Shown here one piece after another: positions 11,940-27,127 of a stretch of 64,000 bases of DNA. Position 1 is the stretch's first letter. Each line of letters begins with the position of its first letter. Below the pieces are notes generated by a model that saw only the letters and a list, made by a program, of their open reading frames with translations, ran no database searches and was not told the origin of the DNA. The position numbers and the translations under genes were made by a program. Source of the stretch: Octopus vulgaris (taxonomy: Eukaryota); NCBI GenBank assembly GCA_951406725.2, contig OX597825.1, positions 51,150,001 to 51,214,000 on the forward strand, read 5' to 3'.

Positions 11940-13745
11940 GAAATATAGTTCTAAAATAGGTCATGGTTGGATTGAATGTTCATGTAGATTTATAATTACT
12001 ACTAAAAGCTTACCATTCCATTCATTTCACAGAGAATAGTCTTAGTTTAGAGGCATTCAATGAATTATGATTTATTTTTGTTGTTTCTTGTTTCCAGAAT
12101 TGTTATTCGAATAATTTTTGTAATTGTTATCATTATATAGAGTGTAATGCGTTTATTTAAATTGTTTAAATGTAAATTTTCTTGCATGAAAGCATTTTAG
12201 ACAACGTTCTTCTCTAGTGTTTATTAGATTAAATTTAGAAGTGAAAATTTGGTACATTTCCTCTATGCATGAGTTTTATCTTTTACCCCCTTTTTATAAA
12301 TTCAAGCAAAAGGGTCTAATTCCTACCTAGCCTTACTAATAATATCTCAGCCAATTGAATATATTTTGTTTCTGTCTTTTAGCGACGAAATTAATTTAGT
12401 GAGGCTCGTATAATTTTCATGGTTAGCCATTCATTGTTTGTTAGCAAGTCTGTCTATTTGCTTGCGCAATCGTAATTCTATTATTTTCTGTTAGCTTAAT
12501 TTAGGGTAATCTCTAACTTATTTTGCCTATTTTCCAGGTTATTTCTGTTATTCCTATTGATGGCATTCTGCTTTCTGCAAGTACGGGCGATATTGTCTTC
12601 CCCTTCTAGTCTCGTGTTTGTATTGGTTAAGGTGGCTTCCTTTCGATTAGTAATTCTCCTATAGGTATTTCTCGCGACCCTAGCTTGTTCAATTATATTA
12701 ACATCGTTACTTTTTAGTACGAATGCACTATTTATATTCGGGTTACTACTATCAGTCTTCCCATGGAAATTACTTAACTTACTCGTATTGTATACTGATA
12801 TAATTTGCGTGAGGTTACGGCTATTAGAAAATGCTAGTCTAATTTTATGCCAATTAAACAGTTTAAAATATTTACTACTTTTTGAGGATTATTTTTCTGA
12901 TGAGGAGTAGAACAATTTGGGAATGTTGGAAAGAATTTGCTTTCCGAAGGGAATTATACACCACAGGACATTATTAGAGAAATTTTTGGTAAGTTTTCCT
13001 GAAGCTTTAGTTAGATATCTAGTAAAAATGTTTAACCTATTTCCTTGGATTTTATCCTTTGTCCTCTTCTTATTACAACCGTTAATCATTTGTAGTTCCA
13101 GTGGTATGGTTCTCATATTACTTAATCCCTTTATCCGAGTGCGACCTAATAATGTTTTGATTACACTCTAAGTTACTTAATAGCGTATGTGGCCCTAATT
13201 CTTTAGAATCACCACTAACCGTCATAGTTATTATATAATCATTTTCAAGTGTCCGAAATTCCTACCCTTGTCTCTTCCAATCTGGCAATTATTTATTGTT
13301 TTTCGTTATCTTGTATACCTCGATTACTGTCAGGATTGTCCTTCTTGCTACAATTTTCTATTCTATCGTTGTTTTTGTTGTAGTATTTTAATTCTTCTCC
13401 ATAGCCTGATTTCTTCAGTGCTAAATTATAACAGTACTTGTTTAGTTTGACAATTTCTTCGTTCGCTGATAGGTTAGAAATACGGGTAGACACGTTCTCT
13501 ACTATTGACTGGGTAATGCATCCAAGGTGGATACTACTTTTATTTAGGTATCTAAGGTTCGTATTAGGCCTTTGATAAGGCTTATAAACCCATGCAACTA
13601 AATTTAAAGTAACATCAAGAAAGTTGGCTGAGTTGTGTTCGTTCTCTCTTGATATCTCTAGGTTTTACTGGTTAGCTAAGGGGGAAAGGGCATCATCTCT
13701 ATATAGACCCCCTCCTAATACAGGAAATACTCTGTGTATGCTCTA
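11940..13745 (-). mobile_element. Decayed Penelope-like element (GLYRDD type), 5'-truncated
   Basis: Minus strand encodes GLYRDDA (about 13690-13710), FLDVTLNL, YKPYQRPNTNLRYLNKSS, RISNLSANEE...YNLALKKSGY and NVLWCIIPFGKQI. Its 3' end lies near a (TA)n tract. Confidence 0.8.
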
Positions 13746-13904
13746 CGAAGCGAGAATAGTTACCAGAACCTAGCAAATTTATCGTTAACACGGGTATCGC
13801 AAAACGCCGTTGTGGTTAGCCAGCATCTGAAAGCGAATTAAGAGAAAACACGGTAACCACCTGTAAAGTATGTCCCGTTAAACAAATTTTAGGAAATATC
13901 TACA

Positions 13905-14190
13905 TACATACTTATTCTACCGGTCTGCAATTGCCGGCCCGCTAAGCTAGGGGAACGTAAACAAGCAAGTACCTGTTGTCAAGCAGTTGTAAGGGTCAAG
14001 CACCAATACAAACTCACACATATTCATACATACGCACACACTCATACACATGCAAACTCATAAGTACGACAAAGTTCTTTCAGTTTTCCTCAATAGGTCT
14101 TGGTCAGTCCGGTGCTATAGAAGACACCTGTTCAAAGTGCTACGCAGAGGGACTGAACCCGGAACCATATGGTTGGTAAGCTAACTTCTT
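13905..14190 (-). mobile_element. SINE family B
   Basis: Reverse-complement motifs CTATAGAAGACACCTG, GGACTGAACCCGGAACCATATGGTTGG and CGCTAAGCTAGGGGAACGTAAAC. Confidence 0.75.
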
Positions 14191-16057
14191 GCGACATAGA
14201 CACGCCTATTTGTGTGCGAGTGTGTGTGTGTGTGTGTGCACCTGTGTGAACACCTATGCATGTTTGCGTCAGTGCGCGCGCGTGTTTGTGTGCGCGTACG
14301 CATACGTATGCACACATACGTATGTGTGTTTGTGTGAGCCTGAACCTTGTACTCAAAACAAAAAAACCAATAACAATATTACATCTAACACATCTTTACA
14401 TATGTCATTCGATGTCTGCAAAGCAATATTTACCTCTTCATATCTAACTTTCGTACAACATCTCCGCAACCCCCATTTTGTTAACTAAAGCCACCATTAA
14501 AGATGCCATGACCTCTCTACCTTTCTGCATTACATTTTATTCATCCATTAAAATATCTGTACAGTGTCAAAAATTACCTGTAGTCTTACAACTCTATCTC
14601 TCTGCAGATACCAATAACATTACAATAGTTGTAATCATACTTCTATAAACTAGCACTACAAATATAACGTTCTGTGTTACAATATCCTTATAAAAATACA
14701 TACGGATAGTTATATCAGTTGTATTTGTATGGTGATACTAAAGTACCATCCTGTGACCACTACTATCACAACAACTTCAGTAAATCTACTACAGCACAAC
14801 AGCAGTCAAACACGATACAACCACTACCTGCACGCAATCATAAATATCCTTTCCTTATTTCCCTTTCAGATAATTGTAGTAGGGATTAGTCGGTACATTG
14901 AAACTCCTAACCTTTAAAAAAAACATTCGACTGAAAGGCAGCTTCTACAGGGTATGATTTGTCTACTATAGACAAACAAGAAAGTCTTTGCGCGGTTATC
15001 GGTCTTGTTAGAAATAACAGCTAAATACCTTTAAATCTCAAATACAGAAGTAAGCAATACATAGAGCCGTTAATACACAGAAAGAAGGTGTGGTTGCGAC
15101 AGAAATAAGTTCCATCATAAGACTACTCGATTATGATTAATCTGGAGTTAAACGCCAATAACTTCTAGCTATTCCTCTGAAACGTCGACACTTTAATCAA
15201 ATGCTACATATCCACAGTATAAAATTTATTGGTCCATTCTGCTCTTTGCTAAAGGTTTCTATCGTTAAGTGAAGACATTACAGAGTAAAAGATGGCGATT
15301 ACACAGAAGATGTATTTCTAGGCAGTTTTGATAGAGAATGGCAGAGTTATGAATTGTTGTTTACTATGAGAATGGCATTGTTTTGCTGAGAGATTTATAG
15401 GCCGAAAAGCTAGAATTGATATAAACAATATAATGTTAATAATAACAAGTGTAGCAAGTAAAAACCAACATTTAACTCTACCGAAACAGAACGTCAAATA
15501 TTCTAAATAAATCCTGAGATTTATAAGAATATTTCAACACATCATGGTAAGAGATTTGACTTACAGCAGTAGAAAAGAAAGCTATCATGATATATTCTTT
15601 GTTCCAATTTATACTGCTGCAACCATAGGAAATACTTTTCACTGTTTACAGCCTACAATGTAATTCCTGCTGCGTCTTTTCGCTTTAGGTTTGAAATGAA
15701 ATAATCCAAGAATGTGGCCGCCGGAGAAAGCTAAATCAATACATTATCATACTCATAACATTTTAATGTTTGCGTTTGTACAGGTTCTGATTTCGGATTT
15801 AACTAATGCCAATTTTACGTTTCACAGCGGATGAATCAATGCTAGTTGAAAACTCCTTTAACACAGGGAACGAATTTTGTAATTATGTTAGAAACATCGA
15901 TTACAAGCAATACCCTTTAAAGAATTCATTGTGTGTGTGCGTGTGTGTTTGTGTGTGACTGTGTATGCATATGCATACACAGTATAAACTAGTGAATATA
16001 TACTATAAGCTTTGCCAGCAATCTTCATCTTTCATTATTATTATTATTATTATTATT

Positions 16058-16089
<32 letters not shown>

Positions 16090-16173
16090 GGTTGTTGTCG
16101 TTGTTGCTGTTGTCGTTGTTGTTGTTGTTATCATTATTATTATTGTTGTTGTTGTTGATGTTATTATTATTAT

Positions 16174-16676
16174 TGAGTGAGAGAGTACCACATGCCATCA
16201 AAGTGTCACTGGAGTACAATTATACGAAGTCTGATACACCAATCATGAGTACTTGTCTCATTAAGGTACACTAGGCCCATGCATCACAACTAAAGATGCG
16301 CAACCTTGCAGGTGGAGCCCAGTTAGAAATTTCTTCAGATTGAGTAGGCCTTCCGTTCAAAAGGGCCCTGAATAAGGTTTGCTTAAAGGTGATGAACGAA
16401 ACAAAGGTGAATTATTCAAATCCCAAAGAATTCCTCTCAACACAAGGCTACGATGCTCCCTCAACACTTCTGCTTGTAATCAGAGATCCACATATCGCCA
16501 GCCACCAAGAGACATGCTCAACTGGTTAAAGCCAAACAACTGACATAGCAATTATTGAGCAGAATATTTACAGTAGCCCATCTGTTACATCCAGACGAAA
16601 CAATGTACATGATAACACTTCCAATCAGTTGAGACCAGAAGTCAGGAGAGCCACTGCCTAGTATTGCATCAGGGCA

Positions 16677-16677
<1 letters not shown>
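16174..16677 (-). mobile_element. About 500-bp non-coding repeat bounded by (TAA)n (copy 1)
   Basis: Reverse complement of 21381-21911; flanked on both sides by TTA/TTG triplet tracts. Confidence 0.8.
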
Positions 16678-16767
<90 letters not shown>

Positions 16768-16768
<1 letters not shown>

Positions 16769-17310
16769 TATGTTTGACTTTTGCTTTATGTCTGTACAAA
16801 TTGGCTCCAAGTCTCGCCCATAGACCTCAAGAGACAACAGGTTGGAAGTTCTGTGCCATATATTTGGGGGGTTTTTTTTGGTGTTGTACTAGTGAATGTC
16901 TAATACATAAAAATAAAAATAATTTTAAAAAATTTAAAAAATAAATTAAAAAAAGAAGTTTGTTTTAAACCTTGGGATTACATAGAGAGTATTTTGCGTA
17001 GGATATGAGCAGTTCCCATGAGCACTATCTTTTGAATTTCTGCCATTATGGGGTTTCCTGGTATCTGAGTTAGGTAGCAATCAGTCCCTTTCGCTATCAT
17101 TCCCAGGGCACCTATGACAATAGGTATTGTTTTAGTCTTCAGCTTCCACATTTTGCTGATTTCTATTTCAAGATCTTTATATATGCTCAGTTTTTGGTAG
17201 GTCTTGACAGATACGTTTATATCGATTGGGACAGTCATATCAATGAGGAGGCAAGTTCTTTGTCTGAAGTCTTTCAATATAATGTCTGGCCTATTTGCAT
17301 CTATCATTAT
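16768..17310 (-). mobile_element. R4/Dong-like non-LTR retrotransposon 3' end (restriction-like endonuclease)
   Basis: DANRPDIILKD...LLIDMTVP...KLSIYKDLEIEISKMW...PIVIGALG (PD-D/ExK RLE), then a 3' UTR ending in (TAA)n. Confidence 0.9.
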
Positions 17311-17311
17311 A

Positions 17312-17530
17312 ACGGCAGTGACCGGCAGAATAGTTAGCCCACTGGGCAAAGCGCTTAGCAGCATTTCGCCCGTCACTATCTTCTGAGTTCAAAGTCCTCC
17401 GAGGTCGACTTTGCCTTTCATCCTCTTGGGGGTCGACAAAATAACTACCAGTTGAACACTGGGGTCGATGTAATCGACTCATCCGCTCCCCCAAAATGGG
17501 TGCTCTTGTGGAAAAATTTGAAACCATAGT
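17312..17530 (+). mobile_element. SINE family A
   Basis: CTGAGTTCAAAGTCCTCCGAGGTCGACTTTGCCTTTCATCC core. Confidence 0.8.
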
Positions 17531-18215
<685 letters not shown>

Positions 18216-20863
18216 CATGCAGACAGACAGACGCACACATACACACGCTCACACATTCTCAGTTTTCTATATATAGATTCTAAGAAGCAGAGTAATATAG
18301 GGAAAAACTGAACGTAAGCACATATTCTGAGAAAAAACCGTGAGAAATAATAGAACACTCTACAAAAATTTCCAACGAAGAACCTCGTAGAATTAGCATA
18401 TACATTGAGGCTAACATAGAGATCGAATCAGATATTTTAGGAAGGTCCTCATCATACAACCAGATACTCAGAGAAAAATATCGCGGTACATTTGTTTCTT
18501 CGACTAATCGCAGAGGTTAACTCCTTTATACAGTATCCTGACGATGGACTTCCCCGATATGAACTCTGTTTTTTCAGCTCGTTTTGACTTCATTCCCACG
18601 TTGTGGAGTAATCATTATTCATTGAACTATAAATATTTGTAGTAATAAATGGGTTACTGTATTTGAAATAGTAAATGCTATTACAAAGAATTCTTAACAG
18701 TTTTGCTTGTTTGTTTCGTATTTTTTTTTTTTGCATATTGTTTCACAAAATAGATATGTCTTCTCGGTTGAGGATTTTTTTTATCTCTCACTTCAAATGT
18801 TACATTAAAATTCCAGCAGTGAACATGCTCCTTCCTACCTGTATAATAATGAACTATAGTTAAAATAACCTCGTGGTACATGCGATGGTTATATTACTGG
18901 TATGTTGTTGTTGTTGTCATTGTTGTTTTTGTTGTTAGTGGTGGTAGTGGTAGTGTTGGCTATTATGTTATCGACTACGGAATATGAAACCCAAACTTGA
19001 GTGCATCTGGATTTGAACACGTGAACGACCGTAGTAAAAGGAAAGAAGCGAAAACTATGATCTTTGTTTAAACAAATCTGATACTTAGATTATGATTGAT
19101 AGAACATGTTGAATATAAGACATCAAAACTATACCCCACTGAAGCTAATTAGCAACATTATTAGCATAGCTAAACAAACTATATAATTAATTTAAATCAG
19201 CAAATTCTGTAGCAGAAGGTATTAGCAGCGGGAGACCATATATGAGTCATTGGTTTCGGTTAGAAGCGAGACATCGTTTTATTAGTGTCACAATTAGCGG
19301 ATCGGAAACGTGGAGCAACAATGTGTATTGCTGAAATAATTTTATATTCACATGTTACAATTTCTTACTGCATTCTTCCCATGAACCTTCATCTTTACAA
19401 TATCACATTTAAAAGGATTACTTGAATCTAGTTGGAATTATTGAGATAGAAAAACTAATACGCTCAGTATAAGGTATCTATGTATTTCATTTAATGCAGT
19501 CTTAAAGAATTCCTTTAGTGTAAGGTGTCACACAACCAGAGTATTATCTTTGTCATATTATTGTTCCCTTGTGTTGTCCCTTCTATTGTAACAGGAAAAG
19601 ATTGAATGAGAAAAAATTCATGGATTGTATTATGGGTAATTCATCCGCAAAATATGAAGTCGACATACATTTATGTGTATGTGTGTGTGCACGCACGCGT
19701 ACGTGTGTCCGTATGTGCATATAGGTGTTATGTGTGCATAATCATATATATGTATATATAAATATATACACAGGTTATATATGTGTGTTTGTGAGTGTAT
19801 GCTTGTGTGGGGGTTGTGTCTGTAGGGACGTGCAAGTGCGTCCGTGTGTGTAGTAGTGTCTATGTATCTGCATATAATCATATTTGTGTATTTTTAAATA
19901 TATACACACAAGTTATTCATGTGTGTGTGTGTTTGTGTCGGATATACACGTATAAACTTTGTATAAACTTCGATAAATGCGAAATATATGACAAGTAGAG
20001 ATTCTAGATCATATGAAAGCAATAAAGGATGATGTCTAACACAATGAATACAAGGAGATATTGTCATAAGAATGTTTTCAAAGATAATTAAAAGAAATCC
20101 ATTCAAAATATGGCGATAACAAAGAGGTAGGAAAAGAAACACTATGATGCCTTTGAAACGAGAACACATGAATACAAAGGAATTGTGACAAACACATTAA
20201 TTACCAATTGCAGTGATTACCGTTGAAGCTTAATGAAAATTAATGAGGTTGTACCGAGCTGCGTGTAACAACCTTGCTGCAGAAAAAAAGGTCAAATGTC
20301 TTAGCAAGGGAGAAAAACGTCATTACGGTACTTAATATATTTAGAAGACTGAGGAAAGCAAGTGATGTCGTTGCGAATTAAAACAATGGTATATCTACAA
20401 AAGGAGTGGGGTCCTTGTATATAATTTAGTGCTGACTAATATCTATTGCGGTGACTAAGAAATAATTTCTAATCAATTTGAGTTACAATCGAAATGAGAA
20501 GAAAATTCATAAGTGTTCATTTACATTACTTATCACTAATGGCAAGGGAGAAAACTGCAATACTTCTGAAATAAAAGCATAAAGAGAAACCTAGGCTCAC
20601 AGTGATACACTAACGCACAAACTCATACCGATATCATTTGAGTGTGTGTGTGTGTGTGTGCGCCTGTGCTAGTGTCTGTATATATGTTTGTACGTATATG
20701 TGTGTGTGCGCGCGAGCGTATGTGTATGTATACACACAGAATATGTCAGTTACTTTACAAATAACTCTATGACAAAGATACTGACATCAACATTGTCCTT
20801 TGGACATCTACAGAAACGTTTACAGCAGAACTGCGTGCTGCGAAGACCAAGATGTGCCAGCAT

Positions 20864-20922
<59 letters not shown>

Positions 20923-21164
20923 TATAATATATATATATATGCATATATGTATGAGTGTATACATACACACACATTAACAAATACATGCATACACACACAT
21001 ACACGAAGAGAATATCTGATTATTTCCTTCGGCTTTCACCTGGCATGAAACTTATGATATTGTTATATTGGACAAGTTTAAAGTATTATATTACATGTTT
21101 CCTCAGCGACACTTCACTTAGTACTATTAGTAAATATAACAATGAACCTTTCTGTAACAGGTAG

Positions 21165-21324
21165 AAGGCTGAAATTTTGGAGAAGAAGATCATTACCGGT
21201 GCTTATTTTCATGGATTCCAAAAGTATGAAAGGCAAAGTAGATCTCAACGGAATTTGAAATCAGAGCGTAATGACGGTCAGCATTTTGCCCGACGTGCAA
21301 ACTATTCTGCCAACTTGCCGCCTT

Positions 21325-21325
<1 letters not shown>
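21165..21325 (-). mobile_element. SINE family A
   Basis: Reverse head TTCTGCCAACTTGCCGCCTT and core ATGAAAGGCAAAGT. Confidence 0.7.
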
Positions 21326-21380
<55 letters not shown>

Positions 21381-21382
<2 letters not shown>

Positions 21383-21911
21383 GCCCTGATGCAGTACCAG
21401 GCAGTCGCTCTCATGGCTTCTGATCTCAACTGATTGGAAGTGTTATCATGTATATTGTTTTGTCTTGGTATAAAAGATGGGCTACAGCAAATATTCTGCT
21501 CAATACCACAGATTTGCTTGTCAGAACCAGTTGACCATATCCCTTAGTGGCTGACGATATGAGCATCTCTGATCACGGGCAGAAGTAGCGGGGAGCATCA
21601 TAGCCATGTGTTGAGAGGGATTCTTTGGGTTTTGAATAATTCACCTCTGGAAACATGGTTGTTTCGTTCAACATCCTTAAACAACCCTTATTCAGGGACC
21701 TTTTGAGCTGGATGGGTTACTCGACCAGAAGAAAATTCTAACTGAGCCCCACCTAAAAGGTCATGTGCTATTTATCTTGATATGAGCTCACCATTGTTGT
21801 GATGCATGTGCCTAGTGTACCCTTATCAGACGGTTAGTCATGATGGGTATACTGGGCTTCGTATATTTTACCCCAGTGTCACTTTGATGGTATGCACTGC
21901 TCTTTCACTCA
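21381..21911 (+). mobile_element. About 530-bp non-coding repeat bounded by (TAA)n (copy 2)
   Basis: ATGCCCTGATGCAGTACCAGGCAG...GCACTGCTCTTTCACTCA between (TAA)n tracts; matches 16174-16677. Confidence 0.8.
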
Positions 21912-21955
21912 ATAATAATAATAATGAGGATGAGGATGAGGATGATGATGATGAA

Positions 21956-22001
<46 letters not shown>

Positions 22002-22269
22002 TTAACTAGCTGGACCAATGAAAAATTCACGGAAAATAATAAAAAAATGTAAGTATCTGTAAATTCTGTGGTGGTGCCATGAGAAATGTTTCTATATTGT
22101 GACAATTACAGACTATAGAAAGACGTGTAAAACCGATAACTATACAATCCAATCAAAATATCTCAGTTACGCAAACGTAAACAGAATTACTATTCAGTCT
22201 TAAAATACATCGTACATATTCAAAGAACCTTCTTGGTTTAGTGGACGGAAAGTTCTCCTGGTACTCGTT

Positions 22270-22625
22270 TATCTTTTTACTTGTTTCGGTCATTTGACGG
22301 AGGCCATACTGGAGCACCACCCTTTAGTTGAAGAAATTAACACCTGGACTTATTCCCTGTAAGCCCGATGCTTAGTCTATCATCCTCTTGTGCCGAAAAG
22401 CTAAGTTACAACATCGATTGTCAGACATAAGTGGTGGTGGGACAAACACACAAATACACACACATAAAATATTATACACACACACATATATATATATATA
22501 TATACTTATATATACGTACGTATGTATGTTTGTATGTATGTATATGACAGGCTTTTTTTCAGTTTCTGTCTACCAAATTCACTCACGCGGCTTCGGTCTG
22601 TCCGAGGCTACAGTAGAAGACATTC
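22270..22625 (-). mobile_element. SINE family B
   Basis: Reverse motifs TACTTGTTTCGGTCA, CTGGAGCACC and TCTACCAAATTCACTCAC. Confidence 0.8.
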
Positions 22626-22719
22626 TTTAAAATCGAGTTGAATTTCGTGTAGCCACCGGTTGGCAGCTTTTCTCCCCTACTCCTTTTGTAGGGGGTCTTA
22701 CCCATTTTCTGGGCTATTT

Positions 22720-24575
22720 TTGTATTAGTACATCCTACACAAGCCTGACCTTCTTACTTCTAGTAATATCGGTTCTGTGGCATTATTTACACACCCTGCT
22801 ATGTTGTTTTCTTCTACTCTATTGCTGTGTTCGCATCCAGTAACTCCCCTTCCCTCTCTTTTTCTCGGTACATACAGCCTGTCTATGTCACATTTTGGGT
22901 GGAGTGACCCATATCGATTTAGAAACTTCCTTGTCTTTCTGTCTAAGCTGTTTAGTTCGTTTACTGTCCATGCGATTACCCCTGATCCATATCTAAGGAG
23001 TGAAACCGCCAAAGTGTTGATAGCTTCGATCTTATTCCATCCATTTAATTTCGATTTAAGGATCAGTCTCAGTCTGCGCAAGTACTCCACCTTAAATTTT
23101 CTTTCTCCGTCAATTTGTCCATATCCAAAATCTCCAAGTGCTTAAAACCCGTCTCTTCTATCTGCTTCATAACATCTCCTGACGGTATCGTTAGTACGTT
23201 CATACATTTGATTTTGCCTCTCTTCAATACTAATACACCACACTTTCTCAGTCCGAACTCCATTCTGACGTAAGCACTGAAGGCATACTCTATATCAACG
23301 AGGGAACTGACTTAGGCTTCATCGTTATCATAAAGTTTGAGGTCATCCATGAATAACAAATATTTGACTTTTTGTTGGCGGCCTTTGATTACGTACCCAG
23401 CATTTGTGTTCCTCAGAATCAGTGTCAGTGGTATCAAGCACAGTACAAAGATCAGTGGGGCCAGACAGTCCCCTTTGAAGATGCCCTTCCTAATTTCTAC
23501 TGTTCCTAAACTTCTTCCGTATGCTGTCAGGTCTGTCCTCCAATTCGCCATACTTTTTCCAAGCAATCGTTCAACATTCGATGCAATCCCAAATAGGTTC
23601 ATATACTCCATAATCCAAGAATGTGGGATAATATCGTACGCATTACGATAGTCGATCCATGACATGGGTAAGTTACTTTTCCTCCTCTTGCAGTCTCTGA
23701 GTGCAGTTTTATCTATCAGGAGTTGACCTCTGTACCTCTGCACTTACGCTTGCAACCCTTCTGCTCATGTAGCAGGACACCATTTTTTCTAGATGTTCGT
23801 ACATTGACTCTGCAAGTATTCCAGTCTATAACTTCCACATAAGTGACCAACGGGATATCGGCATGTAATTGTCTACCGTATTGCCTTTTTCAATGATTTT
23901 CTGGCACAGCACTGTGCTACACAATGTCAACAACTCTGGTGTTCTTCGGTCGGCATTTAACAAGGTACTGAGTTGCGCAGCTATACGTGCATGACATTCA
24001 CCCAATCTTTTGATCCAATAACCTCGAACTCCATCTGGTTCCGGGGCCTTCCAGCTGCTCATTTTTTTGCTGATTTCCTTCAATTCCCTAACTGAAATAA
24101 CTAGTTCTGCCTGTTTTGGACAGACTACTGTTTGTTTCAGTTCTTGCAACCATTCAGCATCCTTCTTGTACTCCTTGTCTTTGCTCCAGATGTATCTTAC
24201 CATCTTTGCTTTCTTTGCAACGAGACGCTGTTTCAATTCCTGTACTACTACTTTCAGGCCCTTTCTTTCAATATAACACTTCCTTTTCCAGGCTCTGTAG
24301 TTTTGTTCACTTTTAACTTTTCGGTCTAACACAGAGATTTCCTTCACAAGCATGTGTAACCCTGTCTGGATTCTTCTTTTCCACCATATATCTTTTCTTT
24401 TATTACATTGGCTTCAGTTTCATTACCACCATTACTCACAATATTTTGTTTTCATTGTCACTCATATGAGGTAGCGATTATCAGGTTGCACAATTACTAG
24501 TGTTTTATTGTCACTCCATCAATTGATGTATCATTATTAGCCCGTAAGGAGACTCCACTCGTTGCCTCTCATTAT
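22720..24575 (-). mobile_element. R2-group (R4/NeSL-like) LINE reverse transcriptase region, decayed
   Basis: SWKAPEPDGVRGYWIK, QLLID, WIDYRNAYDIIPHSWI, GIFKGDCLAPLIF, LLFMDDLKLY, KLNGWNKIEAINTLAV and DRLYVPRKREGRG, in broken frames. Confidence 0.9.
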
Positions 24576-24926
24576 TATGATTATTATCATCACTGATATC
24601 ACTGATATTATTGTTTTTATATGTAGTAGTAGCAGTGGTTTCAGCAACAGCAACAGTAGCATGGGTAGGAGTAGTGGCAAAGGTGATAGTTGGGCCTCAG
24701 ATTCCTAAGCTATCTTAATAGTAGTAGTTATAGTATTATTGTAGTATTATTAGTATTTAGTACCAGCAGCTGTAGCATATTATTATATTTTTTTTTCATT
24801 ATCACCATCACCACCACTAGTTGGGCAGTAGATTGGTGAATTGATCATTATCTACAGTTCTATATACAGATTCGGCAGATGGTGGAGAGGTTAGCGACAG
24901 AGACAATTATTATTATTATTACTAAT

Positions 24927-25004
<78 letters not shown>

Positions 25005-25005
25005 A

Positions 25006-25045
<40 letters not shown>

Positions 25046-25320
25046 GGGAGAATTCACAAAAAAAAACAAAAGACGAAGACAGGTGGTGTAGACCTCAAAA
25101 AGATGTATTAGTTTCACGCTCAGGAATTCTTTAACGTTTCGAGCCTAAGCTCTTCCACAGAAAGGAACACAGAAAGAAGCAACGAGAGAAAATAAAGAAT
25201 GTGTAGTGGCTAGCGTTCTATCATGACAAATGCCGAACAGAGGGGTCACACAGGAGAGCTAGGAAGAAAGGGAGATAATAAAGTAGTGGTGATCCCAAAT
25301 CGAAGATGCGCGTGCGTGTG
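25046..25320 (-). mobile_element. Solo 3' pLTR of the Neptune-type PLE family
   Basis: Reverse complement resembles 6295-6570; ends at a TA/(CA)n tract. Confidence 0.85.
25129..25164 (-). ncRNA. Minimal type I hammerhead-like motif (core variant CUGUGGA)
   Basis: Minus strand: cttt CTGTGGA A GAGC-ttag-GCTC GAAA CG TT aaag. Confidence 0.55.
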
Positions 25321-25349
25321 TATAACAGAGCATGTATGTGCGTGTTGAT

Positions 25350-25655
25350 TATCGCCTCAGGTCGACCAAGGCCTTGTTAGTGGATTTAGTACACGGAAAC
25401 TGAAAGAAGACTGTCGTATATATGTGTATATTTGTGTGTGTCTGTGTCTGTGTCTGTGTGTGTTTGTACCCCCACTATTGCTTGACAACCGATGTTGCTG
25501 TGTTTACTTTCCCATAACCTAGCGGTTCGGTAATAGTCACTATTAGAATAAGTATTAGGCTTACAAAGAATAAATTCTGCGGCCGATTTTTTCGACCAAT
25601 GGCGGTGCTCCAGCATGTCCGCAGGTACATGATTGAAACAAGTAAAACAATAAAA
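25350..25655 (+). mobile_element. SINE family B, 5'-truncated
   Basis: ACGGAAACTGAAAGAAG, GCTTGACAACCGATGTTG, GGCGGTGCTCCAGCATG. Confidence 0.85.
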
Positions 25656-26455
25656 AAAAACTATGCCATTTTAATCCAGAGGAATGCCGGGTGTTTCTTC
25701 TAGTATCCAATAAATTATTCGAGACGACAAATTTGATTTGGAACCCCATTTCATTTAAATAATAATGTTTATCGTTTACAATGAGAAAACATTTGTAAGT
25801 CGGCTACGGCGGAATCTAGGACATGGTCTAACTTTACAGCATTCCTAATTTTCGTTACGATACAATTTAAATTGATTTGCAAATCACGGAATATTTCAAT
25901 TTGCAGAAAAAGATAGCCTATACATGACAAATAAGGAATAGAAATAAATATTTTATAATTAATTATTTTCTGATAATTCCAATTATCAACGGCAAAAGGA
26001 ATACGAATTTTCTATCTTAATGAATACTAAACAGACGGATTTTCTTCGCTGGTCTCATTCATTTTGTAAAGGTAAATCTTAAACATACATATTTGAAGGA
26101 GTTTTTCTTTTATTTTCTTTTATTTAGACTTTACACGTAACGTGTAATTAAAGCATTGACAGAATCTGACATATGATGCGACACAATCCCTGACAACTTC
26201 TCTTTGCTATTCATTTAGATGCATTACTAAATAGTTTAGTGTAGCAATTAGCTGGGGCTTCTTGTAACTGTACGTTCACATCTCTCAATTAAGAATGATT
26301 CGCTATCTGAAAATCTAAATTCCGTTCAATACCACAAATTAAGGCAATCCTTGCCAATTTTAGGCCGACCAGATACTCTCACGCGCACACACACATATGT
26401 ATATGTGTGTGTGTGTCTGTATGTCTCTCTGTGTGTATGAATGTATAGATGTATG

Positions 26456-26537
<82 letters not shown>

Positions 26538-27057
26538 AAGTGAGAGACGGAGTGAGTGTTAGATAACTAAACATACAGATAGACATACATATGTAGATAG
26601 ATATATATAAGAATATATATATATCTATATACATACACACATATATGTGTATATGTATATATGGGTATATGCATACAAATGTGTGTATAAGTGTGTATGC
26701 ATGTTTATGTATATATTTGTGTTGTAACTCATACTACCATAGCTACTACTACTGCTGCTACTACTGTTGCTATTACTACAGCTGCACCTTCCACTACTAC
26801 GGCTGCCGCTATTCCTACTGCTGCTTCTACTGTCCCTCCTGCTTTGCTAGAATGAGGCTCGTGGTACCATAGAAACGTGAAGATCCTTATGAAGCCCCTA
26901 CTACATTTGTATTATATATGGTGTACACCTAAGTTGCCGTGATTTATAAACGAGAATTACCTTATACATATTAAACTTGGATTATTATCGGAGTTATATA
27001 TACTAATAACTCATGTTTCCTTGAACACATTCACAAGCATAAATATACACTCAAAGG

Positions 27058-27127
<70 letters not shown>

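Noticed and set aside
18533-18575. CTGACGA...GAAC as another hammerhead
   Set aside because: No convincing stem II and no GAAA or stem III.
21381-21420. CTGATG at the start of the 500-bp unit as a hammerhead core
   Set aside because: No downstream stem II plus GAAA in either copy.
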